In this document: in pieces, positions 1 to 8,606 of the stretch
Layout: every line of letters begins with the position of its first letter
Numbering within the stretch: the first letter of the stretch is position 1
DNA from: Acidimicrobiia bacterium
GTDB taxonomy: Bacteria > Actinomycetota > Acidimicrobiia > Acidimicrobiales > Ilumatobacteraceae
DNA length: 32,525 nucleotides
Reading direction: 5' to 3'
Assembly: GCA_010030605.1 (NCBI GenBank)
Contig: RHCK01000001.1
Span: 1 to 32,525 of the forward strand
Notes under the pieces: generated by a model
Database searches by the model: none
The model's input: the letters and a program-made list of their open reading frames with translations, nothing else
Told to the model about the DNA's origin: nothing
Position numbers and translations under genes: made by a program

Positions 1-75
1 GACGAAACGCTAACACGGTGATTTGCGAGCCTCTCGGACGCTCGCTGTTTGGCGGGCGACTGCAAGAATGACGAC

Positions 76-912
76 ATGAGTGACGAAAAGGTCGACAAAA
101 CGAATGAAAACGCCGTTCTTCTTGTGGAACGTCCTCGTCCCGGAGTCACGGTCCTGCGCATGAATCGGCCAGATCGGTTGAATGCCATGTCCGCCGAGCT
201 CGTTCAGGCCCTTCACGATGAACTCTCGCGCATCGCGGTCGACGACGAGTGTCGCGTGGTGGTTCTGACCGGTGCAGGTCGTGGCTTCTGCGCCGGTCTG
301 GATCTGGCTGGATACGGAACCGCGCCGCACACCGATTCGTTCGGACCGACGCAGAAAGCATTCGCGGTGCAAAAGCACATCGCGACATTGATTCCGAAGT
401 TGCGCTCCATTCCCCAACCGGTGATCGCGGCCGTCAACGGAGCGGCGGCCGGAGGAGGACTCGCTTTGGTGCTCGGAAGTGACATTCGCATGGCATCGAC
501 CAAGGCCAAGTTCAACGTCGCCTTCATTCGTGTCGGGTTCTCGGCGTGCGACATTGGCACGAGTTGGTTGCTTCCCCGCATCGTTGGAGCCGCGCGAGCC
601 CAGGAGATGATGTTGACGGGACGCATCATCGATGTGGATGAGGCGCTGCGCATCGGTTTGGTGGTCGAGGTCCACGCGCCGGAGGACTTGGAGGCGGCCG
701 CGATGGCCAAGGCCGACCTGATCATGGCGAACACGCCGTTCGGGGTGTATCTCACGAAAGAGGCGATGTGGACCGCTCTCGAGATTCCGGCCATGCAATC
801 GGCGATCGATCTCGAGAATCGTCAGCAGATCATGTCGAGTCACACCGAGGACGCCCGCGAGTCGATGCGCGCCTTCCTCGAAAAGCGTCCGCCTCGTTAC
901 GAGAACCGCTGA
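76..912 (+). CDS. Enoyl-CoA hydratase/isomerase (crotonase) family protein
   Basis: ORF 49..912. Translation carries crotonase fingerprints (LRMNRPDRLNAM, VVVLTGAGRGFCAGLDL, AAVNGAAAGGG). ATG at 76 preferred over TTG at 49. Confidence 0.88.
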   Translation: MSDEKVDKTNENAVLLVERPRPGVTVLRMNRPDRLNAMSAELVQALHDELSRIAVDDECRVVVLTGAGRGFCAGLDLAGYGTAPHTDSFGPTQKAFAVQKHIATLIPKLRSIPQPVIAAVNGAAAGGGLALVLGSDIRMASTKAKFNVAFIRVGFSACDIGTSWLLPRIVGAARAQEMMLTGRIIDVDEALRIGLVVEVHAPEDLEAAAMAKADLIMANTPFGVYLTKEAMWTALEIPAMQSAIDLENRQQIMSSHTEDARESMRAFLEKRPPRYENR

Positions 913-913
913 A

Positions 914-1939
914 TCAGTCGGTTCGAACGGTCACTGGTGCATCGCCGCCGAAAAGCGGATGATGGCAGGCCACGAAATGTCCGGGCTCGATCTCGCGCAT
1001 CGTCGGCTCCTCGGAGCGGCAACGATCCGAAGCGCTGGGACAGCGCGGGTTGAACCGACATCCGGTCGGTGGGTTCACGGGCGACGGAGGCTCACCTTCG
1101 ATGACGACCTTGCGCGTCTCGACGTTGGGGTCGGGCACCGGAATGGAGTCCAGCAGAAGTTTGGTGTACGGGTGCGCCGGCTTGGTGTAGAGGCCGTCGC
1201 TCGGGCCGATTTCGCAGATCTTGCCCAGATACATCACGGCCACTCGATCGCTGATGTTCTTGACGACCGCCAGGTCGTGGGCGATGAAGATGAGGGTGAG
1301 GCCGTGGGCCTTCTTCAATTCCTCGAGCAAGTTGATGACCTGAGCTTGCACGCTGACGTCGAGTGCCGACACCGGCTCGTCGCAGATGATCAATTGGGGT
1401 TCGAGAACCAGTGATCGAGCGATCGAGATGCGCTGACACTGTCCGCCGGAAAACTGATGGGGGAGACTTTCGGCAGCTCGCTTGGGGTCGATGCCGACTT
1501 CCTCGAGGATCTTGTCGACGGCCGCACCCTGCTCGTCCTTGGAGCCGCGCTTCCAGACGTTGAGCGGTTCCATCACGATGTCGCGCACCTTGCGCCGGGG
1601 ATTCAACGACGAGATGGGGTCCTGGAAGATCATCTGCACCTTGGTGCGAACCTCGCGCATTTCTTCTTTGTCGAGGGTCGTGAGTTCGCGCCCGTCGAAC
1701 ACGACGCTTCCCGACGTGGCGCGGGGAAGTTGCATGATGGCGCGACCCGTGGTGCTCTTTCCGCAGCCGGATTCACCGACGATTCCAAGCGTCTCACCAC
1801 GCAGAACGTCGAACGAGATGCCCGACACCGCGTTGACTTTCAATCCGGTGCGTCCGATGCGGAACTCGACCACCAGGTCCTCGACCCGCAGCAGAGCTTC
1901 GCCTTCGGGTCTCAGGTGCGCTTTGCCCGTGCCAGCCAT
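914..1939 (-). CDS. Opp/Dpp-type peptide ABC transporter ATP-binding protein (OppF/DppF-like)
   Basis: Walker A GESGCGKST, signature FSGGQCQR, Walker B LIICDEPVSALD and a Cys-rich C-terminal oligopeptide-transporter extension. ATG at 1939 shares 1 nt with the upstream gene's TGA. The upstream part of ORF 914..2122 overlaps the neighbouring gene and is discarded. Confidence 0.9.
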   Translation of the reverse strand: MAGTGKAHLRPEGEALLRVEDLVVEFRIGRTGLKVNAVSGISFDVLRGETLGIVGESGCGKSTTGRAIMQLPRATSGSVVFDGRELTTLDKEEMREVRTKVQMIFQDPISSLNPRRKVRDIVMEPLNVWKRGSKDEQGAAVDKILEEVGIDPKRAAESLPHQFSGGQCQRISIARSLVLEPQLIICDEPVSALDVSVQAQVINLLEELKKAHGLTLIFIAHDLAVVKNISDRVAVMYLGKICEIGPSDGLYTKPAHPYTKLLLDSIPVPDPNVETRKVVIEGEPPSPVNPPTGCRFNPRCPSASDRCRSEEPTMREIEPGHFVACHHPLFGGDAPVTVRTD

Positions 1940-3006
1940 CAGAGAACCTCCGCCGTGGTGGTGGACGCGCGGTTCAACTCCACACGTCGCTCGTGATATT
2001 CGGCGGACCCGACCGGGAAGTGGCAAGCGAAGGTGTGGTCGGGTGTCTCGGCCTGCACCAACGGTGGTTCCTCGCGCACGCACACGTCGCGGGCATAGGC
2101 GCACCGCGGGGCGAAGCGGCATCCGGTTGGCGGATTCACAAGATCGGGAGGACGCCCGGGGATCATGGCCAATCGCGAGTGACTCGGCTGGTTCATGCGC
2201 GGGATGCTCTGGAGTAGGGCCTCGGTGTAGGGCATCTTGACGTTCGAGAACAACACTTTGGTGGGTGCGCGTTCCACGACCTTGCCGCCGTACATGACGG
2301 CGATCTCGTCGGTGTACCCGGCCACGACTCCGAGGTTGTGAGTGACGAGCAACATCGACATGTTGCGGTCACGAATCTGCTCGCTGAGGAGGTCGAGAAT
2401 CTGTGCCTGCACCGTGACATCGAGGGCCGTCGTGGGCTCGTCGGCGAAGAGCATGTTCGGTCCGCACGCCAAGGCGATGGCGATCATGACTCGTTGACGC
2501 ATGCCGCCCGACAGTTCGTGCGGGTATTGATTGAGGCGACGGGTGGGCTCCGGGATGCGCACGTCGCGGAAGATCTTCTCGGCGACAGCCATCGCTTCGG
2601 ACGACGACATTCCAAGGTGCAGTCGCAACGATTCCGTGACCTGCTTGCCCACCTTCATGACCGGGTTCAAGGAGGTCATGGGGTCCTGGAAAACCATCGC
2701 CATTTCCCGACCCCAAATACTGCGCATCTGCTTGGGGGTTCGATTTCCGATCTCTTCTCCGCCGTAGCGCACCGAACCTTCGCGGATCACACCGTTGCGG
2801 GGCAAGAGGCCCATGATCGAACGCGACAGAACGGTCTTGCCCGAGCCCGATTCACCGACGACTCCGAGCGATTGGCCGCGACGAATCTGCAGGGTGACCC
2901 CATCGACCGCGCGCGCGATTCCGCGCGGAGTACGGAAATGCGTGCGCAGTTCGACCGTTTCGATGAGCGGTTCGACTTCGTTGCGATCGGGCGCGGCGGA
3001 ACTCAC
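1939..3006 (-). CDS. Opp/Dpp-type peptide ABC transporter ATP-binding protein (OppD/DppD-like)
   Basis: Walker A GESGSGKT, signature LSGGMRQR, Walker B LFADEPTTALD and a Cys-rich C-terminal extension. GTG start at 3006 overlaps the upstream stop (GTGA). Confidence 0.9.
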   Translation of the reverse strand: MSSAAPDRNEVEPLIETVELRTHFRTPRGIARAVDGVTLQIRRGQSLGVVGESGSGKTVLSRSIMGLLPRNGVIREGSVRYGGEEIGNRTPKQMRSIWGREMAMVFQDPMTSLNPVMKVGKQVTESLRLHLGMSSSEAMAVAEKIFRDVRIPEPTRRLNQYPHELSGGMRQRVMIAIALACGPNMLFADEPTTALDVTVQAQILDLLSEQIRDRNMSMLLVTHNLGVVAGYTDEIAVMYGGKVVERAPTKVLFSNVKMPYTEALLQSIPRMNQPSHSRLAMIPGRPPDLVNPPTGCRFAPRCAYARDVCVREEPPLVQAETPDHTFACHFPVGSAEYHERRVELNRASTTTAEVL

Positions 3007-3881
3007 AGCGTCATCTCCTTCACGTCGAAGTACGTGCGCAGTCGGTCACCCGCGAAGTTCAGCGAGAGGACGGTGAGGAAGAGCATCAGAATCGGGAAGA
3101 ACGAGATCCACGGGGCCTTCTCGAGGGTCTTGGAAGCATCGGACCCCAACTGGATGAGGCCGCCCCACGTGATGCCCTTTTCGACCGACAATCCGAGGAA
3201 TGCCAACCCGCCTTCGGCGACGACGGCAACGGCCATTCCGAGAAGCGCCAACGAGGACATGGGGATGGCGACATTGGGCAGGATTTCTTTGATGATGATG
3301 TGCCGGTCTTTGGCGCCGATCTGCCGAGCGGCAAGAACGAACTCGCGGTCGGCGTACTGCATCGTGGCGGCGCGGGCGAGACGACCGACCGGGGCGATGC
3401 TGAGCAGGCCGAGAACCAAGGACACCGTGAGCAGGCTTCGTTCGATGAGCGACGTGAGCAGAATCGCCAACACCAGTGAGGGGAACGACAACAGCACCAC
3501 GAACACGAACGAACTGACGCGATCGATCCAGCCTCGGAAATATCCGGAGATGACACCGATGGTCCCACCGATGAGGAAACCAGCCGTGATGGCGGAGAAG
3601 CCCACCGTCAACGAAATGCGGGCGCCATGCATGGTTCGCGAGAAGACGTCGCGCGCATCCTTGTCGGTTCCGAACCAGTGTTTCCACGACGGCGCATAGG
3701 GAGGTCGACCCTGTGATGAGTCGAGGAAGTTGGAAGTGGGGCTCTTGAGCGGAAGAAGCGGGGTGAAGAGGGCGACGAACACCATGAGAGCGAGCCAAGT
3801 CACGCACAACCAGAAGCCGAAACCAAGCTTCTTCTTGGCGACTTCGTCCTGATTTCCAGCGCTGTTGTTCGTGGTACTCAT
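3003..3881 (-). CDS. Opp/Dpp-type ABC transporter permease (OppC/DppC-like)
   Basis: Multi-TM translation from MSTTNNSAGNQDEVAKKKLGFGFWLC onward. ATG 3881 overlaps the OppB-like stop as ATGA. The Arg/His-rich N-terminal part of ORF 3003..4619 overlaps the OppB-like gene in another frame and is rejected. Confidence 0.9.
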   Translation of the reverse strand: MSTTNNSAGNQDEVAKKKLGFGFWLCVTWLALMVFVALFTPLLPLKSPTSNFLDSSQGRPPYAPSWKHWFGTDKDARDVFSRTMHGARISLTVGFSAITAGFLIGGTIGVISGYFRGWIDRVSSFVFVVLLSFPSLVLAILLTSLIERSLLTVSLVLGLLSIAPVGRLARAATMQYADREFVLAARQIGAKDRHIIIKEILPNVAIPMSSLALLGMAVAVVAEGGLAFLGLSVEKGITWGGLIQLGSDASKTLEKAPWISFFPILMLFLTVLSLNFAGDRLRTYFDVKEMTL

Positions 3882-4834
3882 CTGCGCACCCTCGGGTCGA
3901 TCAATGTGTAGGCGAAGTCGACGAGCAAGTTGATGACGACGAACGACGAGGCGACGATCATCACGATGGCCAACACCACCGGGAAGTCGTTGCGTAGGAC
4001 CGACTCGACCAACGTCGAGCCGATTCCCGGAATTCGGAAGACCGTCTCCGACACGATGGAGCCGCCGATGAGCGCTCCGGTGTTCAGGCCGACCACGGTG
4101 ATGAACGAGAAAAGTGATGGGCGCAAGGCGTGCAACAGCAGGATTCGAGGGCGGGACAAGCCCTTGGTGCGCGCCAACAGAATGAAGTCTTGCTGGAGCG
4201 TGGTGATGATGTCGGTTCGCAGGAGGCGCTGGTAGACGGCCGCCACGGGGAGGCCGATCGTGAGCGCCGGAAGAATCATCTGGAAGAGGCGACTCCGTAA
4301 CGGATCGTCGGCGACATAGGTGAGAGGCATCCAGCCGAGTTTGATGCTGAAGACGTACTTCAAGATGACGGCCAGAGCGAAGTTCGGCATGGCCACCAAG
4401 AAGAAGGCATTGAGCGTGGAGATGCGGTCGGAGACCTTGCCGGCCCTCGACGCGGTGATCAGGGCCCAGGGGATGGAAACGAAAATGGCGAAGAACTGAG
4501 CCATCGCCACCAGAGTGACGGTTCGGGGGAGACGCTCGCTGATCACGCCAGAAACCGGCGGCTGGCCGGTGGAACTGAACGTGACACCGAAGTCGCCGCG
4601 AACGAAGTCGGACAGCCAAATCGCGTAGCGGACCGGTAGCGGGCGATCGAGACTGAATTCGCGTTTGGCGACCTCGATCATCTTGATGCTGTCGGGGTTG
4701 TTCACGTCACCCGCGACCGGACCGAGAATGTTGAACAAAGGGTCGCCCAGCACATTCAACGCCCCGAAGGTGAGCATGCTCACCGCCAGGAGCAGAAGAA
4801 TGGCCAGGGCGACCCTTTGAACGTAGTACCTCAT
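3878..4834 (-). CDS. Opp/Dpp-type ABC transporter permease (OppB/DppB-like)
   Basis: 318-aa hydrophobic translation (MRYYVQRVALAILLLLAVSMLTFGALNVLGDP...) typical of binding-protein-dependent transport permeases. Sits in operon order with its neighbours. Confidence 0.9.
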   Translation of the reverse strand: MRYYVQRVALAILLLLAVSMLTFGALNVLGDPLFNILGPVAGDVNNPDSIKMIEVAKREFSLDRPLPVRYAIWLSDFVRGDFGVTFSSTGQPPVSGVISERLPRTVTLVAMAQFFAIFVSIPWALITASRAGKVSDRISTLNAFFLVAMPNFALAVILKYVFSIKLGWMPLTYVADDPLRSRLFQMILPALTIGLPVAAVYQRLLRTDIITTLQQDFILLARTKGLSRPRILLLHALRPSLFSFITVVGLNTGALIGGSIVSETVFRIPGIGSTLVESVLRNDFPVVLAIVMIVASSFVVINLLVDFAYTLIDPRVRR

Positions 4835-4865
4835 GGAATGTGTTTCAGATTCCGTTCCGAGTGAT

Positions 4866-6581
4866 TCAGCTCAGCCAAATCGAGGAGAAGAACATCCGGC
4901 CGTTGGTCGAGCAGGGAAGCGCGTCCCCGCCTGGCGACACTCGGTCGCACATCCCGTGAACGGCCGAACTGTTCACGACGGCCCACGAGGAGTGGGTCAT
5001 GAAGATGTACGCGTAGGAATCGTGGATGTTCTGCACCAATTGCTGAAGCAGACCGGCGCGCTCGTCGGGGCTCGCCGGGTTGGCGATCTCCTTGATGAGT
5101 GCGTCGCGTTCCTCGGAGCAGTAGCGCGGCCAGTTCAACGAGATGCCTCCGATGTTGCGGCACTCCAACCACACCCGGTCGTCACCGGGGTTCTCGGCAC
5201 CGAACTGACGCCAACCCACCACGTTGTAGATACCGAGCGCGGTCTCCTGAATGTGATCCTGCTGGTTCTTCTCGTCGAAGGTCACGTTGAACGACCCGCT
5301 CCAACTCTCGTTGTAGAAGTCGGCGATACGGGTGGCCAGCACCGAGGGACCGGACCACTGGTATTCCATGTTCACCTTGCCGTCGGTGCACAACGCGGTG
5401 CCATCTTCGGCGGTGGGATCCTCGCCGCAATATTCGGCGACCAGAGCCGCGGCACCCTCGGGATCGTTGCCTTCCTGCACGACGTCGGGGTTGTAGTACG
5501 GGCTCTCGGGAATGAACATCTGGTCGGCCAGACGACCCTCACCGGCGTTGAACAAATCGAAGTAACCCTGACGATCGGTGGCCAACGCGAGCGCCTTGCG
5601 AACACGCACGTCGTCGAAGGGTGCCTTGGCGGTGTTGATCATCAAGAAGTATTCCTCACCGCTGTCGTCGATGCTCAGGGTCAAGCTGGAGTCGTCGCGG
5701 TAGGTCTCGAACTGGTTCGTGTCGGTGGTGTGCAGGATGTCGAGGTCACCGTTGAGCAACAGCTCGGTGCGGGTGTCGGCATCGGGAACCGGGTAGAACT
5801 CGATTGCGTCGAGGTACACCGGGCCCATGACCGAGGTGCCCCACCAGTCATCGTTGCGCACGAACTTCGTCACCGAGTCCTCGGTGCGGCTGTCGAACTT
5901 GAACGGTCCGGTACCAACCGGCTGCTGCTCGAGCGTCGGGTCGGCCGCCAAGGCGTCGAGCCACGTCGGTGACGCGATATAGCCCAACTGCGCGGTGAGC
6001 GCCGACGGGAAGAACTGGCTCGGCTCGAGCGGCTTGAAGACCATCGTGAGATCGTCGATCTTGGCGACGGCGTCGGTCTCCGGGTAGTACGGGCGCACGG
6101 CCAAACCGACTAGTGGGTCGTTGCGCGTGATCTCGAACTGCTTGATGACCGCATCGACGGTGAGCGGAGTTCCGTCGTGGAAGGTCACACCTTCGCGGAG
6201 CTTCAACGTCCATTCGGTGAAATCGGCATTCGGGGTGATGGACTCGGCCAAGTACGGAACGACGTCGCCGTCGGCGGTGAATGTGAACAACGGATCGAAC
6301 ACGGCCTGGGCCATCGTCAATCCGGAAATGGCCAACGCCGATGCCGTGGGATTGAGACCGTCGACGTCGGCTTCGAGGCCAACGCGCAAGGTTCCTCCGA
6401 CGACCGGCTCACCCTCGGGTGCCTCGGTGCTCGGAGCCTCGGATGTGCCCGAGCCTTCGGTGGTGTCGGTTTCACCCGAGCTGCCACCGTCGTCGCCGCC
6501 ACCACAGGCCACGGCGAAGACCATGAGGCTCGCGAGTGTCGCGCCGAGGACACGCCCCGAACGCCGTTTGTATGTTTTCAC
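4866..6581 (-). CDS. ABC transporter substrate-binding lipoprotein, family 5 (peptide/nickel type)
   Basis: Signal peptide with lipobox (LMVFAVAC-GGGDDGGSSGE) and a long family-5 SBP-like body. GTG at 6581 is preceded by AGGGGGAAG (SD). ATG at 6608 is an alternative start. Confidence 0.88.
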   Translation of the reverse strand: MKTYKRRSGRVLGATLASLMVFAVACGGGDDGGSSGETDTTEGSGTSEAPSTEAPEGEPVVGGTLRVGLEADVDGLNPTASALAISGLTMAQAVFDPLFTFTADGDVVPYLAESITPNADFTEWTLKLREGVTFHDGTPLTVDAVIKQFEITRNDPLVGLAVRPYYPETDAVAKIDDLTMVFKPLEPSQFFPSALTAQLGYIASPTWLDALAADPTLEQQPVGTGPFKFDSRTEDSVTKFVRNDDWWGTSVMGPVYLDAIEFYPVPDADTRTELLLNGDLDILHTTDTNQFETYRDDSSLTLSIDDSGEEYFLMINTAKAPFDDVRVRKALALATDRQGYFDLFNAGEGRLADQMFIPESPYYNPDVVQEGNDPEGAAALVAEYCGEDPTAEDGTALCTDGKVNMEYQWSGPSVLATRIADFYNESWSGSFNVTFDEKNQQDHIQETALGIYNVVGWRQFGAENPGDDRVWLECRNIGGISLNWPRYCSEERDALIKEIANPASPDERAGLLQQLVQNIHDSYAYIFMTHSSWAVVNSSAVHGMCDRVSPGGDALPCSTNGRMFFSSIWLS

Positions 6582-6815
6582 GTGCTTCCCCCTGTTCGAC
6601 CGAGTCATGTGGGCTCGGTGTTGTGTTCACGACACGACGAAAGGGCACCCGAACCGCGGCCCCCACCGTCGTGCACACCCGCACCCTAGTCGTTGTGACG
6701 GTTGGGTCAAGGGTGATCCTGTGGTCGACCAGAGCGAGATCCGTCGGACTGACCCGAGATTCGGTTGGAGAGTCGCGTTGGACGAATCGTCCGGGGCCCC
6801 GACAGGGCTTTCTCG

Positions 6816-7079
6816 ATGGTTGTGGGCGACAATGATCGGGTGAGTTCGTCCCATGAGTTGCGTTCTGATGGGATCGAACGACCTCTGACCCGCCGATTGG
6901 CACCGGGATCGGCCTTCTACGACGAAGTGATGAAGCGTCATGAGGCCGCGGTGCGCGCTCGGCGGCCGACATACCGGGATCCGGTGAGTGGGTACACCGT
7001 GTTCACCGCGCGGTTCTTGGCGGATCGCGGATACTGCTGTGCCAGCGGCTGTCGTCATTGTCCGTACGCGGTCGATTGA
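6816..7079 (+). CDS. Small Cys-rich protein, DUF5522-like (C-terminal RGYCCASGCRHCPY)
   Basis: C-terminal motif FTARFLADRGYCCASGCRHCPY as I recall for DUF5522. Start is uncertain: ATG 6816, or GTG 6840 preceded by GACAAT plus 6 nt. Confidence 0.55.
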   Translation: MVVGDNDRVSSSHELRSDGIERPLTRRLAPGSAFYDEVMKRHEAAVRARRPTYRDPVSGYTVFTARFLADRGYCCASGCRHCPYAVD

Positions 7080-7090
7080 CGGGTTCGCCG

Positions 7091-7126
7091 GTCCGCGAAA
7101 TTTCGTCCGCGAAATTTCGTCCGCGA
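7091..7126. repeat. Tandem direct repeat, 14-bp unit GTCCGCGAAATTTC x2 plus a partial third copy (GTCCGCGA); each full unit holds the perfect 10-bp palindrome CGAAATTTCG
   Basis: Read directly: 7091-7104 and 7105-7118 are identical, and 7119-7126 repeats the first 8 nt. Lies 43-78 bp upstream of the PPK2 start. Confidence 0.9.
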
Positions 7127-7156
7127 GATAGACGAGGACCAAGCACGGCAGCGGAC

Positions 7157-7162
7157 TACGGT
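7157..7162 (+). promoter_or_regulatory. Candidate -10 hexamer TACGGT, 6 nt upstream of the PPK2 ATG (leaderless arrangement)
   Basis: Matches TANNNT. No SD lies between it and ATG 7169. Confidence 0.35.
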
Positions 7163-7168
7163 TTCGAC

Positions 7169-7981
7169 ATGGTCGACAAGCTGATGCGCAAGTTCTTGGT
7201 GCCGGCCAACAAGCCAGTGGACCTGTCGGAACGGTCGACGAACGAAACGCTGGGCTGGGACAAGGACTCGGCCAAGGGCGAACTGGCCAAGGTGATCGGG
7301 CAGATGGCGTTCCATCAACATCGGTTGATGGCCGAGGCCAGTCAAAGTCTCCTCATCATCCTCCAAGGTCGTGACGCGTCGGGTAAGGACGGCTTGGTGC
7401 GTCATGTGATGACCGGCATGAACCCGGCCGGTGTTCATGTGGTGAGTTTCAAGGTGCCCGCGGGGGTCGAGAAGCAGCACGACTATTTATGGCGGTGTCA
7501 CGCGGCACTACCGGCTCGCGGCGAGGTGGGTGTGTGGAATCGCAGCCACTACGAGGACATTCTGGTGCCTCGGGTGAAGAAGCTGGTCCCCGAGGAGACC
7601 TGGCGTGCCAGATACCGACACGTTCGGGATTTCGAACAGATGTTGGTCGATGAAGGAACGACGATTGTGAAGTTCTACTTGCATGTTTCTCACGAGGTGC
7701 AACGGGAGCGGTTGCAAAAGCGCATCGACAATCCCGAGAGCAGTTGGAAGCACGACCCGAGCGATCTCTCCGACCGTGCGATCTGGCCCGACTACGAAGA
7801 GGCGTACGAGGACGTCCTTCGTGAGACGTCGCGACCCCACGCTCCGTGGTACGTGATTCCCGCCGATGTGAAGTGGGTGCGAGACTTGGCGGTGGCCAAG
7901 ATCGTTCTCAACTCTCTGCAAGAAATGGATCCGCAACTTCCCAGCCCGAAAGATGACCTTCGGGGGATCACCGTCGTCTGA
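7169..7981 (+). CDS. ppk2: Polyphosphate kinase 2 (PPK2) family protein
   Basis: P-loop LLIILQGRDASGKDG, DYLWRCHAALPARGEVGVWNRSHYED and PWYVIPAD motifs typical of PPK2. ATG 7169 chosen; the ORF extension from 7058 runs through the tandem repeat. Confidence 0.88.
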   Translation: MVDKLMRKFLVPANKPVDLSERSTNETLGWDKDSAKGELAKVIGQMAFHQHRLMAEASQSLLIILQGRDASGKDGLVRHVMTGMNPAGVHVVSFKVPAGVEKQHDYLWRCHAALPARGEVGVWNRSHYEDILVPRVKKLVPEETWRARYRHVRDFEQMLVDEGTTIVKFYLHVSHEVQRERLQKRIDNPESSWKHDPSDLSDRAIWPDYEEAYEDVLRETSRPHAPWYVIPADVKWVRDLAVAKIVLNSLQEMDPQLPSPKDDLRGITVV

Positions 7982-8108
7982 TGTACCGGCGCGACGATCG
8001 ATCGCGCGTTGACAACAAGTCAAGGTTGACGATGGGGTCGGTCGCCTGGACCGTGGTCTACATTGGAGTGATCGGGCGTGCACGGTGCGCCCATCGAAGG
8101 GAGTCGAA

Positions 8109-8606
8109 GTGTCGAGCGAACGCGAAATCATGTCGTGGGAAATCTTCGGCGAGGCATCGCGCAAACTCGCACAGATGGTGGCCGACGATGGCTACGAAGC
8201 CGACATGATCCTGTCGATCGCTCGAGGCGGACTGTTGATCGGTGGTGCGTTGGGGTATGCGCTCTCGGTGAAGAACGTCTACACGATGAACGTCGAGTTC
8301 TACACCGGAGTCGACGAACGCCTCGAGGTGCCTCGCATCCTTCCCCCGGCTCCGGACTTCGTCGATCTCGCCGACGCGAAAATTCTCATCGCCGACGACG
8401 TGGCCGACACCGGACACACGTTGCGTAGCGTGCAGCAATTCTGCGAAGGCAAAGTGGGTGAGGTGCGCACCGCGGTCTTGTACGAAAAACCGCATTCGGT
8501 CGTGCAGGCGGACTATGTCTGGAAGCGCACCGATCTCTGGATCAACTTCCCCTGGAGCGACAAGGAGCCCATCGTTCGTCGTGACGGAGTCGCACTCGAC
8601 GCCTGA
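8109..8606 (+). CDS. Purine phosphoribosyltransferase, Gpt-like (xanthine/guanine type)
   Basis: PRPP-binding motif KILIADDVADTGHTL. The N-terminus VSSEREIMSWEIFGEASRKLA parallels the E. coli Gpt N-terminus. GTG 8109 lies 5 nt after AAGGGAG (SD). Confidence 0.82.
   Translation: MSSEREIMSWEIFGEASRKLAQMVADDGYEADMILSIARGGLLIGGALGYALSVKNVYTMNVEFYTGVDERLEVPRILPPAPDFVDLADAKILIADDVADTGHTLRSVQQFCEGKVGEVRTAVLYEKPHSVVQADYVWKRTDLWINFPWSDKEPIVRRDGVALDA

Noticed and set aside
1940-2122. Upstream extensions of the OppF-like ORF (to 2122), and likewise of the OppC-like ORF (3882..4619)
   Set aside because: They overlap the upstream operon genes in other frames and translate to Arg/Pro/His-rich sequence. 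Internal starts give classic 1-4 nt stop-start overlaps.
6470-6506. Near-identical post-lipobox linker in two unrelated SBPs (AC-GGGDDGGSSGE here, AC-GGDDGGSSGASGG at about 12085-12132)
   Set aside because: This is a low-complexity Gly/Ser/Asp tether typical of actinobacterial lipoproteins. The DNA sequences are not repeats of each other, so there is no evidence of recombination or a shared mobile module.
7091-7126. Interpreting the 14-bp tandem repeat as PhoP-type PHO boxes or as a mini-CRISPR
   Set aside because: Actinobacterial PHO boxes are direct repeats with an 11-nt period and a different consensus. For a CRISPR reading, there are no spacers, the units are too short and no cas genes are present. 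It is kept only as an unassigned operator-like repeat.
7981-8208. 75-aa ORF (and its internal start MGSVAWTVVYIGVIGRA) in the PPK2 / Gpt-like spacer, plus TTGAC-N5-GTCAA-GG-TTGAC at 8009-8030 and the GC hairpin at 8074-8092
   Set aside because: The ORF runs out of frame into the well-supported Gpt-like gene and is Arg-rich. The TTGAC motifs and the hairpin ahead of the SD may belong to the promoter or leader, but I could not pair them with a convincing -10 or with a known purine or PRPP riboswitch fold.
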